Source of the DNA: Antedon mediterranea
Lineage: Eukaryota; Animalia; Echinodermata
DNA: 64,000 nt
Assembly (NCBI RefSeq): GCF_964355755.1
Contig: NC_092670.1
Span: 12,324,795 to 12,388,794, forward strand
Direction: 5' to 3'
Every line of letters starts with the position of its first letter. The stretch's first letter is position 1. This document shows positions 11,266 through 24,300 of this stretch, one piece after another. A program made the translations under genes and the position numbers. The notes below the pieces were generated by a model that searched no databases, was not told where the DNA came from, and saw nothing but the letters and a program-made list of their open reading frames with translations.

Positions 11266-11611
11266 CAAGTTTGGTATTCAAGTTTGGTATTCAAGTTTGG
11301 TATTCAAGTTTGGTATTCAAGTTTGGTTTTCAAGTTTGGTTTTCAAGTTTGGTTTTCAAGTTTGGTTTTCAAGTTTGGTTTTCAAGTTTGGTTGTCAAGT
11401 TTGGTTTTCAAGTTTGGTTTTCAAGTTTGGTTTTCAAGTTTGGTTTTCAAGTTTGGTTTTCAAGTTTGGTTTTCAAGTTTGGTATTCAAGTTTGGTATTC
11501 AAGTTTGGTATTCAAGTTTGGTTTTCAAGTTTGGTATTCAAGTTTGGTTTTCAAGTTTGGTTTTCAAGTTTGTTATTGGAGTTTGGTATTCAAGTTTGGT
11601 ATTCAAGTTTG
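11266..11611. repeat. 13-bp minisatellite CAAGTTTGGT(A/T)TT, ~26 copies, upstream of RepHel
   Basis: Directly visible tandem array. The 13-bp period and lack of stop codons explain the three spurious overlapping ORFs. Confidence 0.97.
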
Positions 11612-14224
11612 ATTTCTTTCACACAATTATCCACTCCAAATCTGAAAACAAAAAAAATACAAATTATTTATATATGCAATAATGTAAAGTTTTCTTTTTT
11701 CTTTGTTTAAACATATATTGTCCCCCTAAAATAAAATTATTTAAATGTTTTTGTTGTTTTTTGTCACATAATAGTAATTCACTTTGACAAAAAAAATGGT
11801 TCGCAAACAATTATTCACATGAAAAAATTATTCCTCAATTTGGTATCATTAAAACAAATTTAACAACATGTAATTGAAAGTTTTGTTCAGTAATTAGTCT
11901 GATTTAATTGTGAAATAGAATACATCATCATTTTTTCGAAAACATATTCGTCAACCATACACATCCATATTTAAACATTTGTTTCCATTTATGGGATAGA
12001 TAAGTGTAAATACTGTATTATTGTCAACTATTAAGCAGTATACCATTTTTTTTTAATTCCTTAAAATACAAATTTACTTACAACACTGATTTACATGTAA
12101 CTGCCACTGCCAGAAACTGGTAAGTTAAATTAAATTTCTCTCTTGACCTGTAATTATAAAAATATATATTAAGTATCAGAACATGCTTCATAATTACTAT
12201 TATAACACACCTAAGTAAATTTCCTATCACTTAATTAGAGAATTGTGAGCCACATAATATTTAATAAATACTGTATTCATGAAATTATACCACTTCACTC
12301 ATAAACAAATTATTTGTAGGCCTATATTTTTATACATATCAAATAAAAAGCACAAGTTAATCATATTAAATTATCTATTTGGTACTGTAGCTGAAAAAAC
12401 ATGTTTCAGTAGACCTTCTACAGTACCTTAAAATAATACTAATAATTATAACACTAAGTATTTATAGACTGCTCTTAAACTGCGGTCTCACAGAGTTTTT
12501 TAAAGAAGAGACTTAAAACTGCATTAATTAAATTATGTTATACAAACTCTATACTACATCATGCTTGATCATGATCAATATTAATAAATATACTGTACAA
12601 AGACACACAGAAAAAAATATACACACAAATTAATGTTTTTAAACTTACTTGTGTAATGAAATTGAGTATATCTTCATAAACAAAGGCTAAATCTTTCTAA
12701 AGTTAATAATACAAAAAAATGTTGTGAATCAATTTCTCTGTTACCACGATTAAATTTATCCTTAGTTGAAGAAGAGAACAAAACAACTAACACGTACCAA
12801 CAACCTGTAAGAAAAAGTACATTAATTTAATAACATTTGAAATATTCTTCAATGGTAACATCAAAATTGGCCCGGCGGACGGGTTTTCTGGTTGCAAAAA
12901 TCGGTCCGCGTGACCATTTATGGCTGCCAAATTTTATTTGTTATTTTAATATTATAAATTAAGCCTATTTTAAAATTATCATTATTAGTAGCAACTCATT
13001 GTTAGGCTTTTTGTGTACAACAATATACAGTAGGCCTATATATGTCTGTTTTATATCCATTTTATTCTTTTGTTTTAACATCTTTGTTTCTCCATTATGT
13101 TAAAAACAATTTAATTTATTACACTACTGTGTGATCCAAAAAATGTATTTTATTTATTATTTATTTTCTTCAATTCAAATCATTTATTTCGACCAAAATC
13201 AGCAAACATCAACATAATGTGTAAAATATACAACAAAGTATCATTTTGCATCCCGAAACAGGCAATCGCGTAATCTGAAATCATGACTGATATTTGACTA
13301 AGCTGAAGTTTATTAAATACACTGGGTTTAATGTGTGCTATTGAAGAAGTTTCCTTTGTTAACAATCCATGGATAATTAATTAATATTTCTTTCTGTATT
13401 GTTCCATGTACTGTAAGTTACATAAACAATTCACCACAGCCTTATCATTATAATATACAATAGTATAGTACATACAGGTGGTCGAAGTGGCACAAAAAAA
13501 CGGCACCTGATCCAAAATATGTCATAAAAAATTAAGTTTGAAAATTGTTTAAATACCCAAATAATTATTGGTTGGATAAAATTAGATGTTTCAACCCAGA
13601 AAGTGAGACATTTCGGCCCAAAAAGTGGAAAGTTTCGGGCCAAATCGCCTCAGGGCCAAATTGTCTCGGATCCTCACAATGCACCGGCTTTTTGTCCTTC
13701 TTGGCTTAACTAGCTAACCTACACATGAAATTTGTAAACTTAAATACACTGTTGTAAAACATGATAATGATATGTACCAAAAAAGGAACACAGAAAATAG
13801 GGTTACATTGTGAATGTGACGAAAAACAAATTATACCACAACAAAAAACATATAGAAACATATACACACAATGTATTAAAACTTACTTGTGTAATTAGAG
13901 TATATCTTCATATAAACAAAGTCTCAATCTTTCTAAAATTAATAACAACAAACCTAATGTGGCTTAATTTCTCTGTCACCAGGATGAAATATATCCTTAT
14001 TTCAAGCAAGCAAAAAAACCACTCACTGAATAACTCAAAGCAAACCTTGATAGTAGATAGTTACCAATACCAGCCATATGTCATGTCTTCTTCGGATTTG
14101 TTCTATATCATGATGTGACACATTTTATTTTATCTTTAGGCCTTTCTTAACCAAATGTTGTAATATACTGTATACAATTTTATTAAATATGATTATTTAA
14201 ATATTTAATTGTATCTTCAGAAAG

Positions 14225-14491
14225 ATCCCACCAATGTTTGACATAGACCTATGGAACGTTTATCACCTGACATTAAACTGTGAACCGAGGACAAACAACA
14301 TTTGTGAATCCTGGAATAGAAAGCATCTTAACTACACTGGTCATACAAACCAATCTATCTGGTCATCAATCAATGCAATCAAAAGAGATGAAGCATCTTC
14401 AGTGACTTTAATTGAACTTGTAAAGCGAGGAAAACCAGTGCCATCTAAACACATTACCAAATCAACAGTTAAGAGCAACTCTAGACTATAA
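14225..14491 (+). pseudogene. Degenerate fragment resembling a Mutator/MULE transposase C-terminus
   Basis: LWNVY..PRTNNICESWN..H.N.SIW..I..IK resembles the RTNNxxExWN motif of animal MULE-like transposases. Short and disrupted. Confidence 0.45.
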
Positions 14492-14976
14492 CATAATTTC
14501 TAAGTACAACCGACAGGTCAAAATCAAACTATGACTGCACTAGGTTATGCCATACGATTAAAGTATCTTGCGACCAAAGACTTGCTTTTAATGTACAGTA
14601 TTTGTAAATATAAAACAATTATTATCTCTCAAAACTGTTAAACTGATATAATTAAATATAATTTTGTGTACTTCATTTATTTATTCATTCAATTTAATGT
14701 AATGTTTTTAATTAGACAGACTGTTTATAAATATCAATACTTATTCATTGTATAAGGACTATGTGATATTTTTTATTTCGACATTTGTCAATCCTAAGTT
14801 TAATAAAATGTTGTAATTCATGCTAAATTCCTATTCATAACACACAATTAAATAGAAGTTGATTACATGACACCCCCATTTTTAAATGGTATAGTCCATT
14901 GTTGGGTTGCTTTTAACAGTGGTGGCTTTATACAGGGGTGGCTTTTTTCCTACTTTCTACACCGAAATACACTACA

Positions 14977-17149
14977 TGCCTTGGTGTGGCAGAAAAGGCC
15001 TAGACAAGGAAGTTGAAATACCTTTACAAACTTGATAAATACCCCAAAAATGTATATTAACAATCATTGGTTTAGACTAAAAGCGAAACGTTTCGGCCAA
15101 AAAGTGGGCCGAATCGAGCCAGATTTTGGCATTCAGGTCATCGCCTTCTTCGGGAGTACAGTGCCGACTTTTGTCCTTCTTGGCCTAACTTGCTAGCCTA
15201 AAAGTAAAACAAACATCCAAAAGTATCCAAAAACATCTTACCTGTTTCTTATACGCCTAGTATTAAATTCAAATCCAAAATTTGTTAATATGCAATCGCG
15301 TCTTGTCTCACAAACGAGCTAGACTAATTAATATGGATATCAAAACATGTGCGTCACAGACTAGGCGATGCTCCGATTGATGAACGAAACAGTATTACAA
15401 GTATGGCATGCAATCGTCGCCAAAAAAAACCCCACAAAATAAACGATAACGACAATATTAACTTGCTTCAAGTTAAATGTTTCGTTTAAGCAAATAATTA
15501 TATAAAGTGATAAATGTAAAACAACTTTTTTTTTCTAATATAACGTAAGTTTTCGTCTATATTGACACTTATAACCATACAATCGTGCAATAAGGTTTAG
15601 CAAATACCGTTCGCGATGCATGATGGGAACAAATTAGAAGCAACAACGCCCCCACCTGTAAAATAAAGTTTGTATTATAATAACAAAAGCAGCTTTGAAG
15701 CGTACGTAGGAAATATGGTCATATTTGATAGGTACAGGTGTCGATATACTGATATGAGCATATGCCTACAATAGTCTCATAATTACCTATACAAGTCAGT
15801 GAAGCCCATATAAATGTTGGTGGAACGATTCAACGCACTTTTGAGTCGAAACGTCCCACTTTGTGGGCCGAAACGTCTCATTTAAGACCAAATTTATATA
15901 CATTTTTTTGTGGTATCTATCAAGTTTTTAAAGGTGTTTAAATATCCATTTTTTATTGATATTGGCAATGTTGATATAATAATATATAAAATAAATTACT
16001 AAAAACGTAATTTTATATTCAATTTATTCTTTGAAAACTTTTGTGCATTTGCTATTCAGCCAACATATAGGGCGTAACTCATTTACATAGTCCACGTGGC
16101 GTGGCTAAAAAATTAACATTTTCGACAATGTTTTAAAAATTGTTGGTTTATTTCATCTTTATCGCTATTATATTAGTTTAATCAAGTTTGGGAGAAAAAG
16201 CTTATAAAATGCATATCAACACCGATACATATAAGTGTGGCGAATCGTCTCAGAGCCGAATCGTCCCGCTAGCCTAAACACATTTCACCATTAACAACGG
16301 CTAGTAAAAAGACACGTTTTGCCCGATTATTCAAAACTAGCATGTTGTTCCATTCCCTTTGCCTTGGTGTTGCAGAAAACACCCAGAAAAAGGAAGTTCA
16401 AACACCTTTACAAACTTGATAAAAATCATTGGTTTAGACTAAAAGCGAGACGTTTCAGCCCAAAAGTGGGCCGAATCGTCCCAGATTCTGGCATTCAGGT
16501 CACCGCCTTCGTACAGTGCCGACTTTTGTCCTTCTTGGCCTAACTTGCTAGCCTAAAAAAACATGAAATCCAATATTCTCCAACAACAAACATCCAAAAG
16601 TAGCTTAAAACATCTTACCTGTTTCTTACTTGGCTTAGTATCAAATTTAAATCAAAAATGCGTTAATATGCACTCGCGTCTTGTCTCACAAACCAGCTAG
16701 CTAATATCACAACATGTGCGTTAGACCGGGGCGATGCTGCTCGATATGATAAACGAAACAGTATTACAAGTATGGCATGCAATTGTCGCCAAAAATACCA
16801 AAATAAACGATAACGACAATATTAACTTGCTTCAAGTTAAATGTTTCGTTTAAGCAAATAATTCTATAAAGTGATAAATGTAAAACAACTTTTTTTTTCT
16901 AATATAACGTAAGTTCTCGTCTATATTGACACTTAGAACCATATCATCGTGCAATAAGGTTTAGCAAATACCGTTCGCGATGCATGATGGGAACAAATTA
17001 GAAGCAACAACGGCCCCACCTGTAAAATAAAGTTTGTATTATAATAACAAAAGCGGCTTTGAACGTACGTAGGAAATATGCTCATATTCCAAACAATATT
17101 GTCATGATTTTTAGGTACAGGTGTCGATATACTGATATGCGCATGTGCT
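14977..17149. repeat. ~790-bp direct duplication (14977-15768 and 16360-17149) in the divergent intergenic region
   Basis: Long shared blocks such as GCCGACTTTTGTCCTTCTTGGCCTAACTTGCTAGCC and AAATACCGTTCGCGATGCATGATGGGAACAAATTAG. Each copy has a minus-strand CAG|GTAAG donor. Confidence 0.9.
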
Positions 17150-17395
17150 AAACACAACTTAAAAGCAAGTTTCAAAGCGTCCATGCTCTCACAATCGTCT
17201 GTTGGGTTTAAACTGAAAAGGTGAGTAAAATGTGTCCTCTTGTTCGAAATATTACAAGCCGTTTAATCAATGGATCATTTACAAGTTAATCCATAACAAG
17301 GCTGTGTGACTTTAATATTTTAACATATTTTCGTTACCGCTGTAACCAACCTGTAATAAGCTAACAGTACATAGAAATCTTCTTTATTTCAACAG

Positions 17396-18761
17396 ATGTC
17401 TTCTGTGGCAGTATATATCCTTTCCTCACCAGCGTTACATGGTGAACATTTTTTTTGTTTTACCATGGACAATAACTTTGACGTGTTTGAAACAACAATT
17501 CCAAAAAGTCTACAACAAAAAATGTGCAAAGGGAAATACATTAGGATGATAAAACACACCACAACAAAAAAACCTGATGCCAACTACATCCGATTAAGCG
17601 AAAAATCGAAAGTATGTACTTGCCTTTTAAACACATTATACCTACCTACCTACCCTATGTACCACACAATCCACATTATTTATATACAACACTTTTTTTC
17701 TAGATTTTCCAAACGTGTGCCTTTGAGATACCGCATTCCAAGCTGACTGAATTCTATCACCCTCCTGAGCATACCGTGTCACAAACTTTAATTTTGCCAG
17801 CAAAAAGGAGGATTAGTTTAAAGGCAACGATAGCTGAGGTGCAGTATTAATTGTAGTTGTATAGATTCCCATTAATTTTTTTTAAACTAATAAGGTCATA
17901 TGGATAAAATATATTGAGAATAAGACAATTAAAGTATTACACATCATATCCTTACAGGTTTTTCCAATCCGAGAAGGTACTGGATGGAAAAGACGAGACA
18001 TCTTTCTCGCAGACGGCGAAGACGGCGAAGACGGCAGACCGTCCAAAAAAATTAAATGCAAGCTGTGGGGCTCACACAGTGAACTGATAACGGATGCAAA
18101 TATCGGCAACACCGTAACATTCAACAATGTAGAAGTCAAAATCTACAAAGATATACAGCAAGTTAAATCTTTAGACTTAACAATCGTAAACGTAAGATCT
18201 TAATTATCAAATAATGTATTCAAAATCGCATATTACTGTTTACAGCATGATAATTTTGGTTCCCCATAGCCAATTGAATGTTGACAGATAAGTTCTGTCT
18301 ATATCCACCTATTTGACCAAATCACTACAGCTTTTCTCGCCTTCTTGCACAATTAATATACCTACAAGATGACAAAAGAAAACGTTTCTCCTTTTCTTCA
18401 CACAGGTGGACGAATCCGATAAAACCTACACAGTCACCATTACTGCTGTAGATGAAGAAAATGATTCAGAACAGTATGTATATAAATTCAGAAAAACATC
18501 AAAATGTAAATTACTTAATCAAATAGCACAGATTTAGATAAAACAACATTTGATTTCACTAACGCAAGTTTTTTTTCTTTCCACAGAAAACTAAATCTTC
18601 TGACAGAAGATGATCAGATCATGATTTGCAGTATGGACATTTTCAAATCAGTAAATTTGTCGGTGGAAGAGTTCACGAACTTATTGCCTGTGCAATGTAA
18701 AATACAAAAAAAAAATCAATCCATTAGTTCACTTGAACTAATGCAAATGTTTCAAAAATAA
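17396..18761 (+). CDS. Spliced 275-aa OB-fold (RPA/SSB-like) protein; exons 17396-17611, 17704-17838, 17958-18191, 18406-18473, 18587-18761
   Basis: GT-AG introns with phases 0,0,0,2 join into 828 nt without a stop until TAA at 18759-18761. The central segment RISLKATIAEVFPIREGTGWKRRDIFLADG..KIKCKLWG..IGNTVTFNNVEVKIYKDIQQV has the OB-fold pattern. Probable non-coding first exon ends at 17220 (AG|GTGAGT). Confidence 0.78.
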
Positions 18762-21357
18762 AAACAAAACAAAGCAACAAACTTGTAATTGTCTCATGTG
18801 TATTGTAAACATTATAGTTGAATGCTTTCATCAAAACACAATGGAAAAAACTTTGGGACAAATCTCTGCTTTGGATACTTACCTGATCTATCTCAGATGC
18901 ACAGCAAAATGTAAATTTGATAACATTAGTTTTCACTATTATGATATTGTCCCATATATTAGATATTATTAGAGTTTTTAAACAACATTTCTCATTTCAT
19001 TATAATCTTTCAACTTGGGGTCACTTAACTATGGCATGCAATTTATGCAAAAAAATACAGAAGTCTATGATTTAATACACTCTGGTGTTACATGCATTGG
19101 TGCACTATGCAAATTGATTATTAGGTCCTATAATAAAACTAAAACTTGAAAGATGAAGATTTCATCATAGTAAAAGTTTGGTATGAAATCATCTATTTGC
19201 ATCGCGGGGGTTCACGACATACCGAATGAACGAGTAATCTTTCTTCGTGTTTTCTTCGGCAGGTGAAACCGACTTTGGTATGAGATGTACCGAGATCGAA
19301 TTCCATCACGGGAAAACAATTAAATAAATTAAATATAAGGATGTATTTGGTTATTATACTTTTTAGAAAAGTCATAACTGAAAAGATATCTGGTAATGAT
19401 CGAAAAAGTCGTATCTAAAAGAATATTATCACATTATTCCGAGTTCTCCAGACGGAGTTTTAACTTAGTAAAACATAAGTATTTTGATACATATGGCGTT
19501 TCATACGTATACTACTTGAAACACCGTGGTTTAACTCCAATAATTCTTGGTGCATACGATTGGCTACTCATATTTGCGCGTAAAATGCGTTTGAAATTTT
19601 AAAATGCTCAAAATTTGTGCACGCTGTTACTCTGCAACGCGTTAACATAACATGTTGTAACTTGGTCAACATATAGACATTTAACTGAAATTGTACAGCC
19701 AAGCTTTTGGACGCTGTAAGAGGCTCGTATCGTAAGTTACGCGCGATTTTCTGAAAATCTGAAATTGATCATAACTTTGAAACAGATAAATATTTTTTAA
19801 CGTAATTTTAAGCCACGTTTGCTTCACATCAATTGTTAACATTTTTAACCCTACCGAATTTTGTAAAATTAGAAAGTGCGCGCGTAAACGGCGTTTGAAA
19901 TTTTAAAATGCTTGAAATCAATTTCTGATTAAATTAGAGTACGATTCAGGTCATTTTCTTTTGCATAAATTGTGTTTTTCAAACTTCGGTTAACAATTTT
20001 ACTTTGTTTTATTCATTTTCAAAACTTAAATTGGTGTTCTACGAGCACGTTAAACATGACAAGTTGCGCACGAAAACATCAACAAATTGTGAAATTGTTG
20101 CAAAATATGTCTACTTTTAAAAATGAAACAATTCATCAGAATGCAAGGTTACCCCCATTTTTTATTTTATTTTCTTGCAGTGTATGAATCATAGGTCTGA
20201 TTTATTATACTCTTGAATGTTAAAAAGTGTTTGATGGCTACATTATTTGCAAATTAAATGTAATGTTTGAAATAATTATCATCAAACAAACATAAACATA
20301 TTCAAAGAGCAAAACAATAACTTCGAAAACGATAAATATTTTTTAACGTTATTTTCAGCCACGTTTGCTTCACATCAATTGCTAACTTATTTATCGCTAC
20401 CGAAATTTGTAACATTGGAAAGTGCGCGAGTAAACGGCGTTTGAAATTTTAAAATGCTGTAAATCAATTTCTGATTAAATTAGAGCACGATTCAGGTCAT
20501 TTTAGGTGTTTGAAAAATTGCCACCAGGTGCGCACATTTCTACGCGCGCACGGCGCAGGAAAGACGTATGAGCATTTCTTTTGCACGATTTGTGTTTTTC
20601 AATCTTCGGTTAACAATTTTACGTTATTTTATTCACTTTTCAACTTCAAATGGCGTTCTACGAGCTCGTTAAACATGACTGGTTGCGCACGTAAAATGTT
20701 AAAAAATTGTGAAAATGTTGCAAAATATGTATACTTTTAAAAATGATACAGTTCATCAGAATGCAAGGTTACCCCCATTTTTTATTTTTATTTCTTGCAG
20801 TGTATGAATCATAGGTCTGATTTATTTTAGTGTTGAATGTTAAAACGTGTTTAATGGCTACATTATTTGCATAACAAACATAAACTTTTTCAAAGAGCAA
20901 AACAATAAACATAACGTTTATCTTTTTTCTTCACATGTTAATATATAAAACTTAAAAGTATGCACTTTCATAATATGTCACTGTTCAAAATTTTTGAAGA
21001 TTTCATCATAGTAAACATTATGATTTAGTTTGCTAAGTAATAATCTATTTGCATAGAGTGGTTCACGACATACCGAATGAACGAGTAAACTTTCTTCGGA
21101 TTTTTTTCGGCAGGTGCTCATATGGCTCGATGTGTAGTGCAACCGACTTTGGTATCAGAGGTACCGGGATCAAATCCCGTCACGGGAAAACAATTAAATA
21201 AAAGGAATTATTTGGTTATTACACCGAAAGGGCAGTTTTAATTTCGAATAGGCTACTTTTTGGAAAAGTCATGATTGAAAGGTACTTTAATGCGCAAGAT
21301 ACGTTTTGTTACGGGCGGATAACCAAACTCGTCCTCAAGTGACGAGTTCAGATCTAG

Positions 21358-24300
21358 TTCTTATTCTTATTATTTATTTCTCTCTGTACAGATTTTGTGT
21401 AACAAATATCTCAAAAAGTTTAATGTCAATGATTACCAAAATTTCACAATGTCTTTCAAATACGTTAACTTAGTCCTAATAAGCTTTTCAGCGTGATCAC
21501 TCATCCGTGACGTCACGTTTACGCCATTTTGTGAAATCACATTATCAATCATATCTCCATAATTCATTATCACATATTAATGAAAATCACTACACGTAAA
21601 CTTGAGGTCAAGATAAAAAAGATTAGCAAATAAAAACTCGGGCGTTTCAAGGTCATGCGCGTGAAATCGCGCGTTAAAATTTTAAAAAGCTCAAAATTTA
21701 GTTTTTATCAATTTAGAGCATGAAATAGGCCATTTGCGTGTTTAAAAAAATTACTGCGTAAAAACACATTTTTGCGCACGCGATTTTTAAAAAGGGTAAA
21801 AAATAAAATTTGATGTATACATCATATTCTACTCACAATCCTTAGTACATTCTCCGACTTTGAGTCCATTCCGACTTAAAATAACGCTATACGAGCACGT
21901 TAAAAATGACAAAATGCGCACATTAATTGTACAAAAGTGCTAAAAATGGTAAAAAATAAGGCCTTTTTAAAATGAATATAACTCTTCAGAATGGCAGGTG
22001 ACCCCCAATTTTTTTAACTTATTATGGAAGCCAATAAGTTGTAGATATAAATATATATACATATTAGACGTACAAAATGGTATGACGTCATCAAATGGCC
22101 ACTTGAATTTAAAAATTAGTAATTTTTATCTTTTTGTGTGGGTTATCACATTCAATAGAGCGCATCTCCGTTATTTGAGCCCGATTTTCGCACACATTTT
22201 AGTATGTGCTTGCTCAATTAATTATTTTTCTCGTGAGTTTTCAACATTTTTATTGTGATGACGTCATCACGCGTAAAAACTTGAATAACCTAGGTCGTGT
22301 AATTTCAGCTACACCATACATTTGAATATTTTATAGCTCCTCGGAATTAAAGGTGACCTTGAAGATTATAATTTATTATGAAAGCTGATGAAATGTAGAT
22401 ATGAATTCATATCAAAATTAAGCCTATCGGATGTTGTGATGTTATCATATGGCCAGTTGAAGTTAAAAAGTAGTTTTTAAATTTCTTTAGTCGAAGTTAT
22501 ACAAATTTCAAAGAGCGCGCATTGCGCTTCTACGTGTCAAATTCTCTTCCAATCCTTATATTTATTTGCTCAATTCATTATCTTTCGAAATTGTCATCTT
22601 CGAGTTTATTTTGATAATTCCATCATACCAAAAAAATAGAGCATGATCTGGGTCCCGTAATTTCACCTATGCTACACTGTATATAGATATACAGTATTTA
22701 CTGTACATATTGTATATGAAACATAATAGGTACAACAGCACTATAAGTGTATATGCATCATGTCATAGGATGGCGTACATCAGCTTTTTACGATCATATG
22801 TTAACGTACGTGCATGTTTAAAAAATGTTAATTTCATTAAAATGATAAAAATGATCACCTATAATTCGTCAAAGTGACGAATTAAATTCTAGTGAGAAAT
22901 TGTTTTTGTAAAAAAAAAATGTTTCTTCGCAATTTCTTTCTGTACAGATTTTGTGTAACAAATATCTCAAAAAGTTTAATGTCAATGATTACCAACATTT
23001 CAGAATGTCTTTCCAATACTTTAACTTAGTCCTAATAAGGTTTTCAGCGTGATCACTCATCCGTGACGTCATCTATTCGCCATTTTGTGAAATCACATTA
23101 TCAATCATATCTCCATAATTAATTATCACATATTAATGAAATTCACTATACGTAAACTTCAGGTCAAGGGTAAAAATATTAGCATATAAAAACACACGCG
23201 CACGTAGTGTCATGCGCGTGAAATTGCGCCTTAAAAATGTAAAAAGCTCAAATTTAAGTTTTGATCAATTTAGAACATGAATTAGGCCATTTGCGTGTTT
23301 CAAAAAATTACTGCGCAAAAACACGTTTTTGCGCACGCAATTCGTAAAAAGCGTAAAAAATAAAATTTGATGTAAAAATCACATTCTACTTACAATCCTT
23401 AGTACATTTTCCGATTTTGAGTCCATTCCGACTTAAAATAACGCTATACGAGCACGTTAAACATGACAAAATGCGCACATTAATTGCACAAAAGTGCAAA
23501 AAATAGTAAAAATTAAGGCCTTTTTAAAATGAATATAACTCTTCAGAATGGCAGGTGACCCCCAATTTTTTTACCTTAATTTGGAAGCCAATAAGTTGTA
23601 GATATAAATATATATAAACATTAGACGTACAAAATGGTATTACGTCATAAAATGGCCACTTGAATTTAAAAATTAGGATTTTTTTCCGTTTTGTGTAGGT
23701 TATCACATTCAATAGAGCGCATCTCTGCTATTTGAGCCCGATTTTCGCACAAATTTCAGTGTGTGCTTGCTTAATTATTTATCTTTCTCATAAGTTGTCA
23801 GTGTTTTCTTTTTGATGACGTCATCACGCGTAAAAACTTGAATAACATAGGTAGTGTAATTTCACCTTCGCCGTAAATTTGAATATCTTACAGCACTTCA
23901 GAATTGAAGGTTACCTTGATGATTATAATTTATTATGAAAGCTGATGAAATGTAGATATGAATTCATATAAAAACCAAGCCTATCGGATGTTGTGACGTT
24001 ATCATATGGCTAGTTGAATTTAAAACGTTGTTTTTAAATTTCTTTAGTCAAAGTTATAGATGAAGTTAAAAAGTAGTTTTTTCATCTTTTTCGTCAAAGT
24101 TATACAAATTTCAAAGAGCGGGCACGGCGCTTCTACGTGCCAGATTCTTTTCCAATTCTTATATTTATTTGCTCAATTCATTATCTTTCGAAATTGTCAT
24201 CTTTGAGTTTATTTTGATAATTCCATCATACCAAAAAATTAGAACATGATGCGTGTCCCGTAATTTCACCTATGCTACACTGTATAAAGATATACAGTAT

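Larger units (their letters stand above)
1..21357 (+). mobile_element. Autonomous Helentron (Helitron2-like) element; left end lies upstream of the window
   Basis: RepHel-EN ORF and an OB-fold gene lie between arms (1-1980 and 19140-21357) that match the family-A HINE units. The right end is subTIR GGCGGATAACCA (21314-21325), hairpin AACTCGTC-ctcaagt-GACGAGTT, then CTAG (21354-21357) followed by TT. Strand refers to terminal orientation; RepHel is antisense to it. Confidence 0.8.

Noticed and set aside
11236-11710. Three overlapping ORFs of VFKFGFQVWFSSL repeats
   Set aside because: Translation of a stop-free 13-bp minisatellite.
17183-17220. Upstream ATG as the start of the OB-fold gene
   Set aside because: Splicing to 17396 puts it in a frame that stops near 17547. 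More likely a uORF or UTR exon.
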